This document shows positions 1 through 13,429 of a DNA stretch of 64,000 nucleotides, in pieces. Location: NCBI GenBank assembly GCA_011109175.1, contig RDEW01000027.1:395772-459771 (forward strand), written 5' to 3'. Position numbers and translations under genes: made by a program. Every line of letters starts with the position of its first letter. Position 1 is the stretch's first letter. The notes under the pieces are model-generated. The model saw only the letters and a program-made list of their open reading frames with translations. It had not been told where the DNA came from and did not search any database. This DNA comes from Dicyema japonicum. Taxonomy: Eukaryota; Animalia; Dicyemida.

Positions 1-128
1 TTCTTGCAGGAGCACAGAACGGTATCCTAGAAAATAATGTGTGTTGATTTGGAGTATTATAGGAACAATATTTTTTTGTTGTTTCTGCAATCGCTGAAGA
101 AGTGAAGGCGATTTTAAAGTCACATTAA
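1..128 (+). CDS. PTPRN: 3' end (last two exons) of IA-2/PTPRN-type receptor tyrosine phosphatase; 24-nt intron 39-62
   Basis: Last exon 63-128 reads EQYFFVVSAIAEEVKAILKSH*, matching the IA-2 C-terminus ([21 protein letters not shown]). The upstream exon reads FLQEHRTGILENN if one G is restored at ~21. Confidence 0.7.
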
Positions 129-339
129 ATTGATAGTTTATTTCAACTCAAAAATTATTATTATTTAATAGAAATTAACTGTTTTTAAAACATCCAATTT
201 TGGATAAATTTTAATTAAATTTAATCCATAAATGGAATTTAAATAAAAATAGAAATTAATCCAATCCCTGACTAAATCCTCTGGTGAAGATTATGAAAAC
301 TAAGACGTGTGATGAAAATGGAAGAGGACGAATCTACTT

Positions 340-745
340 TCTCACCTCTTTTCTGAAGCGGAAGCCTGTAATGGACTATTGGAGGATGGATTTGGTCGGC
401 ACATGCTGACGATCTTCCTCGGGTTCCTTCCTTGGATTAATTAGCTATGACTATTTGTTCTGTGCTTACCAAAGATTGTAAGCCTGCGGTTAATAGATAT
501 ATAAGTTAGATACTTCGAAAAACCTAATTTATTTATTCTGTTGACATAACATCAAACCGGACCGACTCCTCTGGTGGCCTTTATGTGACTGGACTCAAGA
601 ATGCGGCCCCGTAAATTCAATCAACCGCCCAGTACAATCATGCGCGGAACGAGTGAGGAACACCGGACCAAGATGAGGCATCTAATAGGGATTACGTTAT
701 AATTAGTTTGGAGCAACTGTGGTCTTGGGGTGTTAAATAATAATT
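340..745 (+). mobile_element. Degenerate SINE/LINE 3' end, family B tail
   Basis: 640-745 resembles the reverse complement of 37255-37360 (ccaagatgag...gggat(c/t)ac...ttagtt...gtggtct...taataat). Confidence 0.55.
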
Positions 746-1269
746 CCTCCTGTGCTCTAACATTGAAAATTTATGATGTACTAACCTTCCAAACACCTTA
801 TTCTATAAATCCTTCTCAATACTTTGAAAACTCCCCAAAATATTAACTGACCTCATTACCAAAAATAAAAGCACTACAAAATTCCCTTTCTTGTTGGAAT
901 CGGTTTTCTTTTGTCGCCTGGGATCATCGAGGAAATTCCCTTTTTCTTTAACCAAGTGATCTTGAAGCAATAAAATTAAAAAATCAATAATTTCGAAAAT
1001 CAAAGTTAATTTAAAAATCGATTATATAATTCAAATTTTTTGGTATTCTCAAGGTTTTATAGGTTCTCCGTTTTTTTCGCCCTCAGTTCTCTTGGCACGT
1101 CATCGAACTGAGTTGTTAACTCCACCAGGTGATTGGTTGCTGTAACCAAATCCTCCTAGATAGTGGATGCTCCTATTTATTCTCAACCAGCATGCTCTCT
1201 AATGTCTTCTTGATGAAGACGGATTGAATGTACGTTCTAGTTGGTGTTTCAATAGTGATAGCTCCCAAG

Positions 1270-1535
1270 TGAGATTTATAAGACTTAAAAAAGACACCGT
1301 CCCATGTTAAAACAATACAGAGAGCAATGAAAACCGGCTGTCCGCTTTCACTCTCTATATCTGACTATCTAGAAAATGCGGGAATCTATGGAGAATGAGA
1401 CAGTCCCCGTTTCTACCAATTCTGTTGGATCTTCGAGGACCCTGAACGAGAGCCAGAACCCGGAAAACCGGGATCACTTAGTTAGTAGTTAACTTTTAAT
1501 TTTTCTAATCCGGTGATCTTGGGGTAAAGAAAACA
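1270..1535 (+). mobile_element. LINE family B 3' fragment
   Basis: Ends in gggatcacttagttag...gtgatcttggggt, a motif shared with several other copies; the 5' boundary is approximate. Confidence 0.5.
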
Positions 1536-1724
1536 ATAGGGATGACCTTAACTCGAGCAATAAAGTAGCTTGAGTTCTCCGGTCAATAAGTCATATTTAT
1601 GCAACTTCTCTACTTCACTGCGCTTTAATAACCCTTGAGAAGTAATTCCAATCTTGATGATTACAACTTCACCTTATCATAGACAAAAATATCAGGTTTA
1701 CTGAATTTAACCTGCATAAAAAAC

Positions 1725-2000
1725 ACAGTCCTTCCCGCTAGGAGTAGGTAAATGTTATCATTACTTAAACCCCCTTAGGCAGAACTCACATTTATTTTAA
1801 AAAGCAAGAACAGTAGTGTTAATTAATCCAAGACATTGTGTTCTTGACTGTCGTTCTTCTGCACTGTTGAGACACTGATGACGACGTCACTTGTCAACCC
1901 CAAAGTAGATGTGTTGAACCTTCAACCGAATGGACAGCAGCGAGATTCGAACCGGGGACCTCATGATTTTGGTTTGGAACTTATACACTGAGGCATTATG
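1725..2000 (-). mobile_element. tRNA-derived SINE
   Basis: The minus strand has a B box (ggttcgaatctc) followed by gctgctgtccattcggttgaaggttcaacacatctac...gtgacgtcgtcatcagt, homologous to the SINE at 5454-5766. Confidence 0.75.
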
Positions 2001-2009
2001 ATGTATCTA

Positions 2010-3852
2010 CGACTATATAAGAAGGAAGGTCTACTCCAAGAGCTTTCTGAAGATTAAAGAGTCTTGCCCACCTTCAATACGGAATCTTATTCGCGAGAGG
2101 AATACTCTGAAGGCGAATCAAAGACGATGCATTAATCTGTGGGACAGGAAAACTCTGAAAAGTAGAATTGATGTGATTCAAAAAATATTACAAAAAGCTT
2201 GGAAAGTAAACGCCGAAAATAAATGGAAGAATGCAGCCTCTGAAGAATGCAGCCTCGAAAGTTAACTGGAAGAACCTTTGTCTTTGGAAAATGTACAGAA
2301 GTCTAACAAATGGAAATTTAAAGGCAAAGAATATTGTGCTGGCCGATCAAGAGGGAAGGACAATTCCCTTGGAAAAGTACCTTCAATATTAAAAAACAAC
2401 TGGAAAATATACAGGGAGTTGACCCTGTTAGTATTATACCTGAAAAATTTCAGAGATATCTAATTCTATGGATTACTCTATGGGCGATCTGGAAAGTCTG
2501 GTAGAGGAAATCATCTAGCAGAAGTCAGAACTGCTATACGCGAGTGCAAAAACAAGGCTCCCGATTCGGTAGCATTCCCATGATTATGTTTAAAGAAGGG
2601 TCTGATGAACTACTATTTGTTCTACAAAAGATGTATAACTCGAGTTTTAGGCTCGGACATGTTCCTCCGTTATGGAAGCGTTTTATTGTGAAGATGATCC
2701 TCAAACCTGGAAAGTCAAGGAAGGATCCTCTTAGTTATAGGCCAATAAGCCTTATATGTTCTACATCAAAGATTACGGAACGGATTGTATTTAAGAGATT
2801 GAATCGGTATATAGAAGAGAGTAACTTTCTACGACCTTACCAATGGGGTTTCCGTCCAGGAAGATCGTGTGGAAATTGTATTCACTCACTAAACTACGAA
2901 ATTACAAATACATTCGAGAAGAAAAGCCAATTGAGCCTTATTTGCCTTGACATCTCAAAGGCGTTCGATAGTGTGTGGCACAATGCCTTATTCTGTCAAC
3001 TCGTACGATCGAAGATATCTAAAGAAATTTTCATATGGCTGAAGGACTATTTAATGGGAGGATATCTCACGTGGTAGTCAGTGGAAATATTCGGATGGTA
3101 CATCGTTAAAAGGGGAGTGCCACAGGGATCTATCCTAAGCCCCCTGTTTTTCAACATATTTATGGAAGATTTTCCGTCACCGCAAGACGTCAGGACCAAG
3201 CTGATGATATACGCGGACGACATCTTAAATCTGGATTCGTCTCTGAAGGCATACATCTCAGAGCGGCGACTAGGAGCTTTTATCGACGAAGTCCAGGGTT
3301 GGTGCGATCGGAGAGGCATGAAACTCTCCACTAAAAAATCCAGTTACTTGAGGATAAGCAGGCCGGGCAGGCATCAGGAAGAGCCCTACACTCTTCGTAT
3401 ACCGAGAGTTTCATCCATGAAATACCTGGGGATTGCAGTAGATGGGAGAGGATCATACCTGAAAGACATCGAAGGGCAAAAAAAGAAGGCTTTGCAATCA
3501 CTGTTCTGCACTAGAAGACTAAAGTTGGATGTTGATTCCATGCTCTTTGTCTTTCGGAATATGATTCTTCCCAGACTTATTTACGGAAGCGAGGGATGGT
3601 TCTACACCCCTCGAAAGATTCTCGCCCGACTAGAGAAAACAAGGCGAGCGGCAATCAAACTATCCCTTGGAAAAAATTGTACGAAAGCCTGACTGAGGAA
3701 GAGAACAAACTTGTGAGGCCAGTATGGGAGGATATTCAAAACAGGATGCTTAACTAACTGGACTAATAATTGGATATCAAGGGAAAAAAGGGTACCCAGA
3801 TGAACAGTCCAGGCCAACCTATTCCATAACTTGCTGTTTTAATTCATTTTCA
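2010..3852 (+). mobile_element. 5'-truncated APE-RT LINE (family A, Jockey/I-like); RT pseudogene
   Basis: ORFs 2544-3077 and 3081-3692 contain YRPISL, QWGFRPGR, LDISKAFDSV, GVPQGSILSP, YADD and KYLG. The 3' UTR matches 12043-12130. Confidence 0.93.
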
Positions 3853-4975
3853 CTGAGGCATCCAATTTTGACCTGCATATTTATCATTATTGATGTGTCC
3901 ACCCGGATTTCAACTCTCTGAGTACTGACAATAGAGTTGACAAAATGTGTCTTCAGTTTCTTTGAATTGTTGCTATGTGCACCTAACCACTTCGTTGTGC
4001 CTTCTGATTTAGTCACTGTTAAGCATCCTTTTTCAGCGTGTACTCATATAATCCACCGACTTTTTGGACCTCTTACAATGATTACATATTGAATCTTTTT
4101 AGACCTCTAACAATGGTTACAAACAAGATTCTTGTCTTGAAGACAATTGTTTCCACCAACCATTCAGCGTATCCAGTAACATGAACATTTTCATCCTAGT
4201 AATAATCATAAAGTATAGAGTGGAGCTTTTTTCTTCTGATACTATCAATCAGGGATTTCTGTTGATGCTCCCTTATAGCAGTGAGGCTTACTTGGGAAGG
4301 GTCTATCTCGTACTTGAAAGTAAGGAATTCTGCGATTAAGGTCATATGTGCTTTCTTTGTTGTAAGGACACATATGATTCCGTCTTTCTGAGGAAATGTT
4401 CTACTTTCCAAATCAGCCGGAACTGATACAACATACATTAAGAGATATTGAAACTAGCTCTCAGTCAAGTTTAGTACAGTTTGCAGCATTGAGATTCGTA
4501 TGCACCAATCTCAAAATCCTCTTCTTCACGTTTTCCGCGATCGTCCACAAAAAATCCTGCCTCATGACGTTACTGCTGTGATCCTCTAAAACTCCTGGTA
4601 ACGATAGCCTTCATGTCCATCCAGAAATTTTCCATCCTTCATACACTCCAGGTTAGTGACAGAGTGCTCAAACTCTTCCTAAGACCAACCACACTGAAAT
4701 ATTCATAAATCTCATCCATCATCCTCAGCGTTGTATCTTCCTTCTCCGCAAATATTTTTAGGTCATCAATAAAAAGTAAATGATTGAGTGTATACAACAT
4801 CAAAGATGGATTACTTTGGGATATATACAATTTTGGAAATTTACTATTTAATGTTCTGCTCAAAAAATCCATGATTACACAAAAAGTTGTGGGATAACGA
4901 ATCTCTCTGTAATATTCCGCCGTTCAACTTAATCATCCCAATCCTTCCCTGATGAAATTTAGAATAACTTTCAAT
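3853..4975 (-). mobile_element. Degraded R4/Dong-like (RLE-type) non-LTR retrotransposon
   Basis: LNHLLFIDDLKIFA RT motif (4639-4872); downstream IVSTQRVEIRVDTSI segment resembles the 62304-62606 ORF. Confidence 0.75.
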
Positions 4976-5453
4976 TTGCTAATTAGGCTCTTTAAATCTC
5001 CTGCTGTTGAAACTAATTTTGTTAGAAAAAAATGTATTAGTTCCTCCTCAAAACTGACATATCCAAGGTCATCTAATTCTACTAAACCTTATTGACATTA
5101 TTGATCCAAGAGTCAGAAAAAAATCAGATATCTTTACAATGGCAGCTGTGAAATATTAATAAAAATTACACACCTGTTAGTTTAAAATGTTTCATAGACG
5201 AAAGACTCAATAAAAAACTGTTTTTGCAGAATTTGCGAAGAAATAGAAAATTCGCCGGGATATTTTCTAATGACAGTCTTTGCCTTACTCATCACAAAGT
5301 TCAGACCGCCGTTCCGTTTTTATGATCTGTAAAGGTGCGAACTTCTTGATGTACTTGCAAGACTCTTGAGATTGATCGCTGCAAAATCAGACGAAACATT
5401 CCAATGTTTTGATTGCACTCAATAATGTCAAATAATTCCCATAAGTGAATCCA

Positions 5454-5766
5454 GCCGGGTGGCATAGTGGTTAAGTGTCGGGCTAAAGTGTCTTAGGTTA
5501 CGGGTTCGTTTCTCGCTGCTGTTCACCTGGTGGAAGGTTCCACGCATCTACGATGCCAAAAGGGTTTGACGAGTGACGCCGTCATCAGTAAATACTTACT
5601 GCGAACTGGACTGTCTAGAAAGGACCCACACACAAGAAAAAGAAGTGAAGATCAATCCTTGGTTCTACGATTAGTTAAAATTAACTGTTCTTTACTTAAA
5701 TAAAGTGTGTCCTGCCTATGCGGAGCTATAAATATTATGGCTCTCGTGAAAAGGCTGTTAAAAAAA
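5454..5766 (+). mobile_element. Full-length tRNA-derived SINE with RTE-type 3' tail and target-site duplication
   Basis: A box tggcatagtgg and B box ggttcgtttc; tail atgcggagctataaatattatggctctcgtgaa resembles the RTE 3' UTR at 62230-62262; A-run; TSD tgaatcca at 5446-5453 and 5767-5774. Confidence 0.88.
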
Positions 5767-5876
5767 TGAATCCACTCTCATTACAAGACTGAAAATCAAA
5801 TAACAATAATTTAATCTCATAGAATATCATTAACTAACAGCCAAATCAAAATATTAGAAAAAACAATTATACATAA

Positions 5877-7656
5877 TTAAGTCGACTTCTTAAAATTATT
5901 ACGCAAATTCCCAGGCTTAGAAATTCGACTTTGAAGCAAAGCCATCACTGTAAATGTATATCCCCGAAACAACTACAATAACTACAACACCCAAATACCT
6001 CGTCCCACACAACTTCAGCAACAAAGTCCAAATGTGAGCTAAACTCTGGATAGTACCCGTCATTCTAGTGTACATCCAAAGCATAGACAAAACACGGACA
6101 GAAACGTACACAAATTCGAAATATTTACCAAAAACCAACTCCAATGATCCCTACAAAGCCAGAGAACATGTATGAGAGGAAACTCAGTATGACAAACACG
6201 AGTGGGGTTTTGAATACGTTTATAAGACTCTTTGAATTATTTGACTTAGAGTAGTCCTTATACATATCAGAGATGATATCCTCCAACTGGGATTTGAATT
6301 TGTCACTCAATTCCACAGTCCCCATTTTCTTTTTGAGGCAAACACGTTCACTGAATCTTGTAGATTCTTCTCGTGGACCAACTTCAACTCGTACTCGTTT
6401 ATATAAGGCTTGTCTCCGTCACATATCTGAAGTAAGTTATCAAAGTCATACTGTGTCCATGGACACTTTGTACATGTCGATGGCAATGTGCATGGCGGAC
6501 ATGTTGTTAGCCTCAGCAGTGGCTTCGTGCATTGTAGTAGGTGGGGACATATCCTCCGTTTCAAAAACTTTTAGGTAGACCTACACTTTGTATGCGTGGT
6601 ACTTTGAAATACTGTAGCAACTCCCTTGATGTGATCTCCACTCCGTCGACCTGCTTTGGCACCAGGTTTTGGCTGTCCAACAACTGAAAAGCCAAAATTG
6701 ATAAAATCCTGATAAATTCAGGTTCAATGTCTAAAATAATTTGATATAAAAAATCGAGAAATTAAAACACCAAATCAAGTGTCAAATGAACTACCTTTGA
6801 TTCTGCCGTCAAAATGGAGGGAAGAAGCCACCTTAAAGGGTGGGGCATCAAAATACACTCAATATTCTCAAAACACCCACGAATGAATTTTCTAACGTCC
6901 TGTAGCTCCTTGTGCTGTCGCTCAGTGATCTCAGAATAATCATAAATCATACACTCAGCCTTCTACTAAGAATCGTCGCCCCTCCCTCGTAGCCGTAGTC
7001 AGCTTCATACGGGTAGGCCCAGTCCCGAATGAGAAATATAAGAGACTGGAAGGGCTTGGCATCACTGATATCCATTGCCACTCGTCCATATTCAGTAAAC
7101 AGTTGTAGGTGATGTAAATCATCTTCCTGGATGTTCTGGGAAAGATTAAAGATCTAATCGTCAATTTGGAAGCAGACCATGACCGAGCTGATCATTGCAC
7201 TGAGGGCAAACACTGTGGCGCAGTCTCTTACTGTCGAATTTGAGTCAAAGGCACCCTGCGTGTCCATAAGAAAGACAGCTACCTAAAAGTCACATTTTAG
7301 CAGACTTTGGTCCCCTCTGGATTGGTGATGATAAAAGGTTCACTCCACAACAGAATTCCGGTCGTGTCTCTCTCGCTACTTCTACGTCAGCTAAAACTGT
7401 TCATTAGCTTGTTTAGTTCCTTCAACCAGTCATCCTTTTCCTTAACGTAAAGATACATTTTAACATTGTGGGAAAGAAAACGGAGAAAAAAATCGAGAAG
7501 AAATGATTTCCCTTTTCTAAATGCTCCAGCAACTGAGAGGATCATTATTTTCTTATCTTTAACTCGATTGTCAAGAAGAATGCTCTCAAGCAAGTGCTCA
7601 TTTAGCTGAAATTTGTGATCCTCGGTCACGTTAATTTGTGCTGGGAAGCCCTTCAT
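5877..7656 (-). pseudogene. ATL: Atlastin GTPase gene, 9 exons, with an in-frame TGA and about 5 frameshifts (pseudogene or consensus errors)
   Basis: [37 protein letters not shown] and a two-TM hairpin. Introns 7441-7464, 7283-7305, 7154-7177, 6930-6952, 6731-6794, 6581-6602, 6427-6451, 5973-5998. TGA at 7387-7389 replaces the conserved Trp of FSWR. Confidence 0.92.
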
Positions 7657-9404
7657 TTTTCTAAATTTATAATCCAACAAATATCACACTAAAGAAGTAT
7701 AACGAGTTTAAATTATTTTGACTATTTTTTGTATATAAATTTTATTTATAAATACAATTTATTAATAGTTCAATTTATAAAATGTGATCGATAAGAAACA
7801 AAGCGAACAATACTCATTTTAATTTATCAAACATTGCTGGTGATATTTCCCATGAGAGATTATTTTCTGGAGCAGTTCAAAATGGAAATTGGGCTGATTC
7901 CCGATAGGTACTGATCGAAGGCTTCTTTTCTCTGTTCACTGCTCGGAATTAACATGGCTTTATGGGGTGCCTCCCAATACTATGATGACTTATGTGGTTT
8001 ATTTGGGTGGGTTACGACCGTAGAAACTGAAAGCACTTAGATGACCTCGGTGTCCCCGGGGTTGACGAAATTACAGTTATGTCATTTAGCTTTCGTAATA
8101 ATTGACAATTTACGTGCTTCAATCTATGCACGTGATGCGCATAAACTACTAACTCTTTAAGCGTTATACTCTCAAAATTGAGATTAAATTTCCATTAATT
8201 GGTTTTTTAAGTATTTTCTATTACACTATGGCTATAAGTGTTTTTTTAATTTCTCATGTTTCTTGTGGATAAATAATGAGTCCTATTAATCTCTCACAAT
8301 CTAAAAAGCCCATATTTTTGACTAATTTGTGAGTAATTTAAAAAAGCTTTGTGAGGATTTTTCTAAAGGAAATCGAGGGCGCTAATTGAAGTATAAGATA
8401 AGTGGGGTTAACAATGATACAGCTCTATCAAAACTTCCTTAATGAGGAAGCTGAAAAAATATTCAACCTTAGGAGATCGATTAACGCTGTAGTTTTTTTA
8501 AAACCTTTGAATGGTTTGGTAGTACATAAAACAGCCGTTGCCGAGATCCAAAGTGCAATCACGGCACGACTCGGAGACCTTTAAGAGCAGTGCTGGTTTT
8601 TCCTCTTCATTGATGAGAATACAAATAGAAGGCGGGATCACCTGTCTTGCTCTCAATAATCGGTTGTGATTTTCGGTGTTTTTTAATAAAGCGTTATTGG
8701 TTTTAAAAATAAATTTTGACAAAAAACTGATTTCTAATTTTTGTGCTCTGGTTAAGTAGAGTAAAGATCAAAATTGTAAATGTAACAATGTTTTGACATT
8801 TGGCTTATGGTTGGAAAGTGAAGATTTTCTTTATTAAGAATTTTCAAGACCAACAAGAAAGTGTATAACCCAATTAATTAAATGATTCAAACTTGTAGTA
8901 ATTCCCGACGTTCTCGGAGTGGTTTTTAAGCTTATGGAAGCGTCTCCTCAAATTTCTCCAGAACTTGATCGGACTGTTCTTCTTCAGAAAAGAATAAGAT
9001 TCCTTTTGTATGGATAACCCTTTCCCCTAATGGGTTTCCTAGTTCTTTCTGGTTGACTTTTCTGAAAGGAGACTATCAATTGCTTTTTTGTAAAAATTTA
9101 ATTTTCATTATTAATCAGTGGGTAGAAAGATTTTCCTGATAGGAATCGGGAATCCATCTGAGAATTAAACTTCCTTTCTGGAGAACGTGGAGGAGTACTC
9201 AATAGTACAAAATCAAGATCCCGTCTATTGACAGGTAGAGTACCACACACAGGGTTCCTTACTGTTATCAGCATTATTTAACTTATTTTCTCACGATATC
9301 CAGAAAAATCCTAATATATTCCTCGTGACATATAAAAATGACATCGTTACCCCCACAAAGATATATCTTCCTCCTTGACCATACCGTAACCGTACCGTAA
9401 ACAC

Positions 9405-12040
9405 TTAATTCAAAGGAATTAAGGAGTTAGTTTAAAAGCTTGTTTACGAGTCCGCCTATGCGGCCTGGACTCTTCCGATGCACCCCATCTCCATTTTTCA
9501 TCTCGTCATAGCGTCGGATCCCATCCTCTTCTCCACAATATATTGACCGGTGCAAGAAACTTGTCTTCTTCCGTACTGAGGACATCAAATAGCTTTTTCC
9601 CCAAGGCCAACTTTATTGATGACCTCGTTTTTTTTATAAGTAACATAATTCTATCTCTTTGGCAAGAGAAAAACCATGGTTCGCATCCATACAATAACTC
9701 TGGCAGAATGATTATCATGAAGATAAACAAGAAGGTCTCTAAGCTTACGAACAACTTGCTTGTACAGAAAAGCGCTTCTTCCTTCTTCGTCTGATATACT
9801 CCATGAAGGAACCTTCCCCATCGATAACTATCCCGAGGTAGTGGAGTGAATTTCCTTTTGGAATACCAAGTGAGTAGGGTTGAGTACGATGCCTCCGTAG
9901 GAGACTGACTCTCAAGTAGCTGGACTTCTCAGTGGATAGTTTCATCCTTCTCTTGGTGCACCAGTCCTGCACTTGTACAATGAATGACTTGATTCTTCTT
10001 TCCGATAGAGTCGATTTCCCATACGTATCCGTAATCAGAATATCATCAGCGTATATCAATAACTTTGAGGGTCTCCTCCTTGCGTAAAGTAGTAAGTATC
10101 TCTCCATCACAATTGACAGGTCTTTGTCTATGTTGTCAATATCACTTCGGGAATAAGGTCCCTCCTTTCAGTTTTTGAGGTTTCTAGATATGTATCTTCT
10201 ATAGTGTTCCCAATTTAGTCTTGATAGGTCGTATCCTGTAAATACTGACTCCGTGGTGTCCGGAGCCAGGTTCAGTGACATCTCTTGGGGGTGTGGTCGC
10301 TCCCGATGTCCACATGATCATCGGTCTCTCCACATAAGTGTAGAGCAGTAGTGACACCAGGAACACCCCAAGCATGTCTCCACCGTGGTGCGTGTAGTGA
10401 TTCGTCTTCTCCGACGTCAAAATCTCGAAGCCAGTCTTATCAATCAATTTTCTTAGCCTGATTCCATCCTCGTTGGTTCCGAGGCACTCATATTCAATGT
10501 TCTTAGCATTTAGATTTCCCAGTAGAACCAACATATCATTTCTTGTGAAGAATTCTTAAATTTCTGTGAGCACTTTCTGAGGTCCTTTGAATACATTCCT
10601 CCAACGTGTATCCAACGGCCACAGCATCTCACCTCGACGGAAACAAATTCACAATGTGTATTCATAATAACTTTTGGCACACGTATCTGTAGAACATCAT
10701 TGTAGAACAATGTGGTTCCAGTACCAGCTTCTGCTCCTTCGACCCATGGTATTTCTATAGAATTGTATCCCTGTAGCATTGTAGTGTTGGTCTTTTTCAC
10801 CTTGGTCTCGTTGACCACCAGGATGTCAATCTTGGTGGACGACAGAGTAGTGCCAAATCATGACGCCTCTTCTTCAGGGATCGGGCGTTCACCAAGCTAT
10901 CTTCAGGTTTCTTTCAATTTTCTTTTTGGTGGCCCGGGCTCTCTATGGCCAGGTCCACCATTCTTCGTAAATTCCACCCTGATATGCTGCTTAGTTCCTT
11001 CGTCTTGACATTATTTCCTCCAGTTCTTTTGCAATTCTCCCTGGTAACTTTTCCCTGGGTAGCCAGGCCGACTCTCGTGGAAGAGGAGCTGGTTCGTTCT
11101 TGTTAGTTCTTGGGCCAATTATTCTTTTTGCTGGTGGTTCCACTTTGTTGGTTATAACATTCATCTGTTTTGGTTCCGTATCGTTGGTTCGGGGATTTAG
11201 CTTTCGCCTGGCCTCCACGAGCACAGGGCATCCTCATATCTTGTACCGTGTTTTGTCGATCCGAGTTAACACACTTAGGTTCAAGACCGGATCCGCATTA
11301 CACCTGGAGGTGTCATGCTCTCCCGCGCAACGAAAGCATTTCTTCTTTCCCGTGCACTGGTATGCAAAGTGACCGACCTGCTGACAGTTGTAGCAGATAG
11401 GCGGTCCTCTTCTCATCCACTCAAGAGATCATGCTTGTTCCGATGTAGAAGCCGCAGCGTATTAATGATGTGGCCTCCGATTTACTATTGATCGAGGCCT
11501 TCGCCATTGGCAGGGCCTGCGATCCTCTTGTTATTCTTCGTGACTGAAGGAGCCATCTCCTGAAGGTATTCCAAGAGGTCGTCCTCCTTCACCCAGAAGG
11601 GAAGATTCCTGAGAACAATCTCAGACGGTTTTGTCGAGATTGTCATAACAAAAAGGACAGGTCTCATTCACAGCCTCATATAGGTGGCCATGTGGGAGTT
11701 GTCCTGGAAATCCAGTCGGAAGGACCCCGATCCTCTATGGCTCATCCTCATAGTATTGTAAAACGTTTGCAATCTTTATCGCACTCATATTAGAATCGAC
11801 TGTGATCAATAGAGTCTTGTTGTCTATAAGATCAGCTTTCTTTGGTTCGTCCGTAGGTTTGCATACTTCCGTGGGGTCGGTTTCGTAGGATCAGCATGTT
11901 CTGCCTTATGAAACGTCTTGTTTTCCAAAGAGAATGACTCAGCCGTAGCACTTCCCGGAGGACGAGAAGAACTGCTGGTTTTCATTGTTGTGGCTTTCGC
12001 GGTCAGTCTTTTTCCTTTAGCAATAACCATTATTCATGAT
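9405..12040 (-). mobile_element. LINE family A: ORF1 (gag-like, CCHC knuckles) plus ORF2 APE and RT C-terminus, internally deleted
   Basis: CYNCQQVGHFAYQC/CFRCAGEH (11234-11416); APE VVNETK and GNLNAK (10199-10818); YADD/HYLG (9745-10110); 3' stem-loop 9448-9472. Confidence 0.9.
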
Positions 12041-12042
12041 AT

Positions 12043-12150
12043 GAAAATGAATTAAAACAAGTTATGGAATAGGTAACTACCAGTCCGCCGGTTGGCCTGG
12101 ACTGTTCCTCCGGGTACCCCTTATCCTTGCTATCCATCCAATTACTAATT
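12043..12150 (-). mobile_element. LINE family A 3' UTR fragment
   Basis: The reverse complement matches 3785-3852 (ggtaccc..gaacagtccaggccaacc..tattccataacttg..ttaattcattttca). Confidence 0.8.
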
Positions 12151-13429
12151 TATCTCCAGAACGTTGTAGGTACAAAGCCAGTACGCCCATATCCATTTAG
12201 TTCTCCCTTTGTAGGTCCTTTCCCCACTATGTTATTCCACGGTGGTCCCAAACCGTCTGCAGGGACCGATGATGTGGTTAACAAAGTCCCATGTAGATCT
12301 CGATTCGACTTTAGGGAACAATTGGTGTGTGGTACCCCCCTGTAAGTCCCAACTCCAGTAGTATTCATGCTTGAAATAATTTGTTATAAAATATATAAAC
12401 TCATCGTGGGCTCTTAACAACACAATTCGATAATTAATCAATTAATGGCCCTTTCATTTACAGTTATTGTCGGAAGCACGATACACACATTATCCACTTC
12501 AGAAAAACGATTGTCTTAAAATAAGTAAAATTTTTTAAGACTGAGATGGGGGAAGTCCAGGTCTAGCAAAGAGAACTCCAAATTGCTCCCATCCAGAAAT
12601 GGATGAGGTCACCATCGTAGGCAGGAAAATCCCATTCTGCTGGTCTTTAGGATTAACGAATTTGATAAACTAATCCGATAAGGTTCACACCAAAATTGAG
12701 CTCCAGTAGAATTAACCATATTTTCAAAGCTTTTGGGCAGGATTTCCCCGCAAGAAGACTTCCTCAATAGTGTCGTAGAACGTTAGAGATCTTGGTCAAG
12801 TTCGCTGCGGCAAAATTTGTCCCCAAAGCGGCACATGTATAACCAATTGGAGGTTAATGTACTGCCTTTAGAAGGTATCAAATCCATTTAGGCCTTTGGA
12901 GTCTCTAAGTTTTTCCAGAAAAGCCTTCATAAAGTTATCTTCCTCGTATAAGCGTTATTACCCTTTCAATATGGGTCGAAAAAGTTAAGAAGGTGTTGAA
13001 GGTAACTTCGAGGATCATCTGGACTTTGTTTTATTAAATATTTTTCTCGTTTAACATGAATTAATAGTTTCCCCAGTCTTCTGCTTGACGTGAAAGGGTC
13101 AAAACTGAGTTCTCAGGACTTCCATAAAGCCACAAACTCAGATTATTCAAGCTGTCCGGTAAGCTTCGCGTCAATGATACTCAACTCAACTATATCAGTA
13201 CTTTGTAGTCACTTTGTAGAATTGGTAAGTTATAAGATTGAATAAGAGGGGAAATAATGGAGAACTCCGAGGAGCGCTATTTGGTAATAGTCTCGACTCA
13301 GAACATCGATTATCCTGGCGTACTCGCTCCCGGAGACCGCTCAAGAAATTCCCAAACCATAACTTCAGATTTGCGTCAATGTTCGACGAATAAATTTTGT
13401 GGGTGATGGGTTACGTTCCTAGACGTTAG

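Noticed and set aside
5454-5525. Functional tRNA gene
   Set aside because: Acceptor and anticodon stems do not pair well; the sequence continues into a SINE body with a LINE tail and TSD.
7387-7389. TGA at a conserved Trp in atlastin as evidence for a UGA=Trp code
   Set aside because: TGG encodes Trp throughout, TGA ends the TOX and CWF19L1 models, and neighbouring codons carry other damaging G-to-A changes.
7981-8031. C/D box snoRNA (atgatga...ctga)
   Set aside because: Short, with no terminal stem or recognisable guide.
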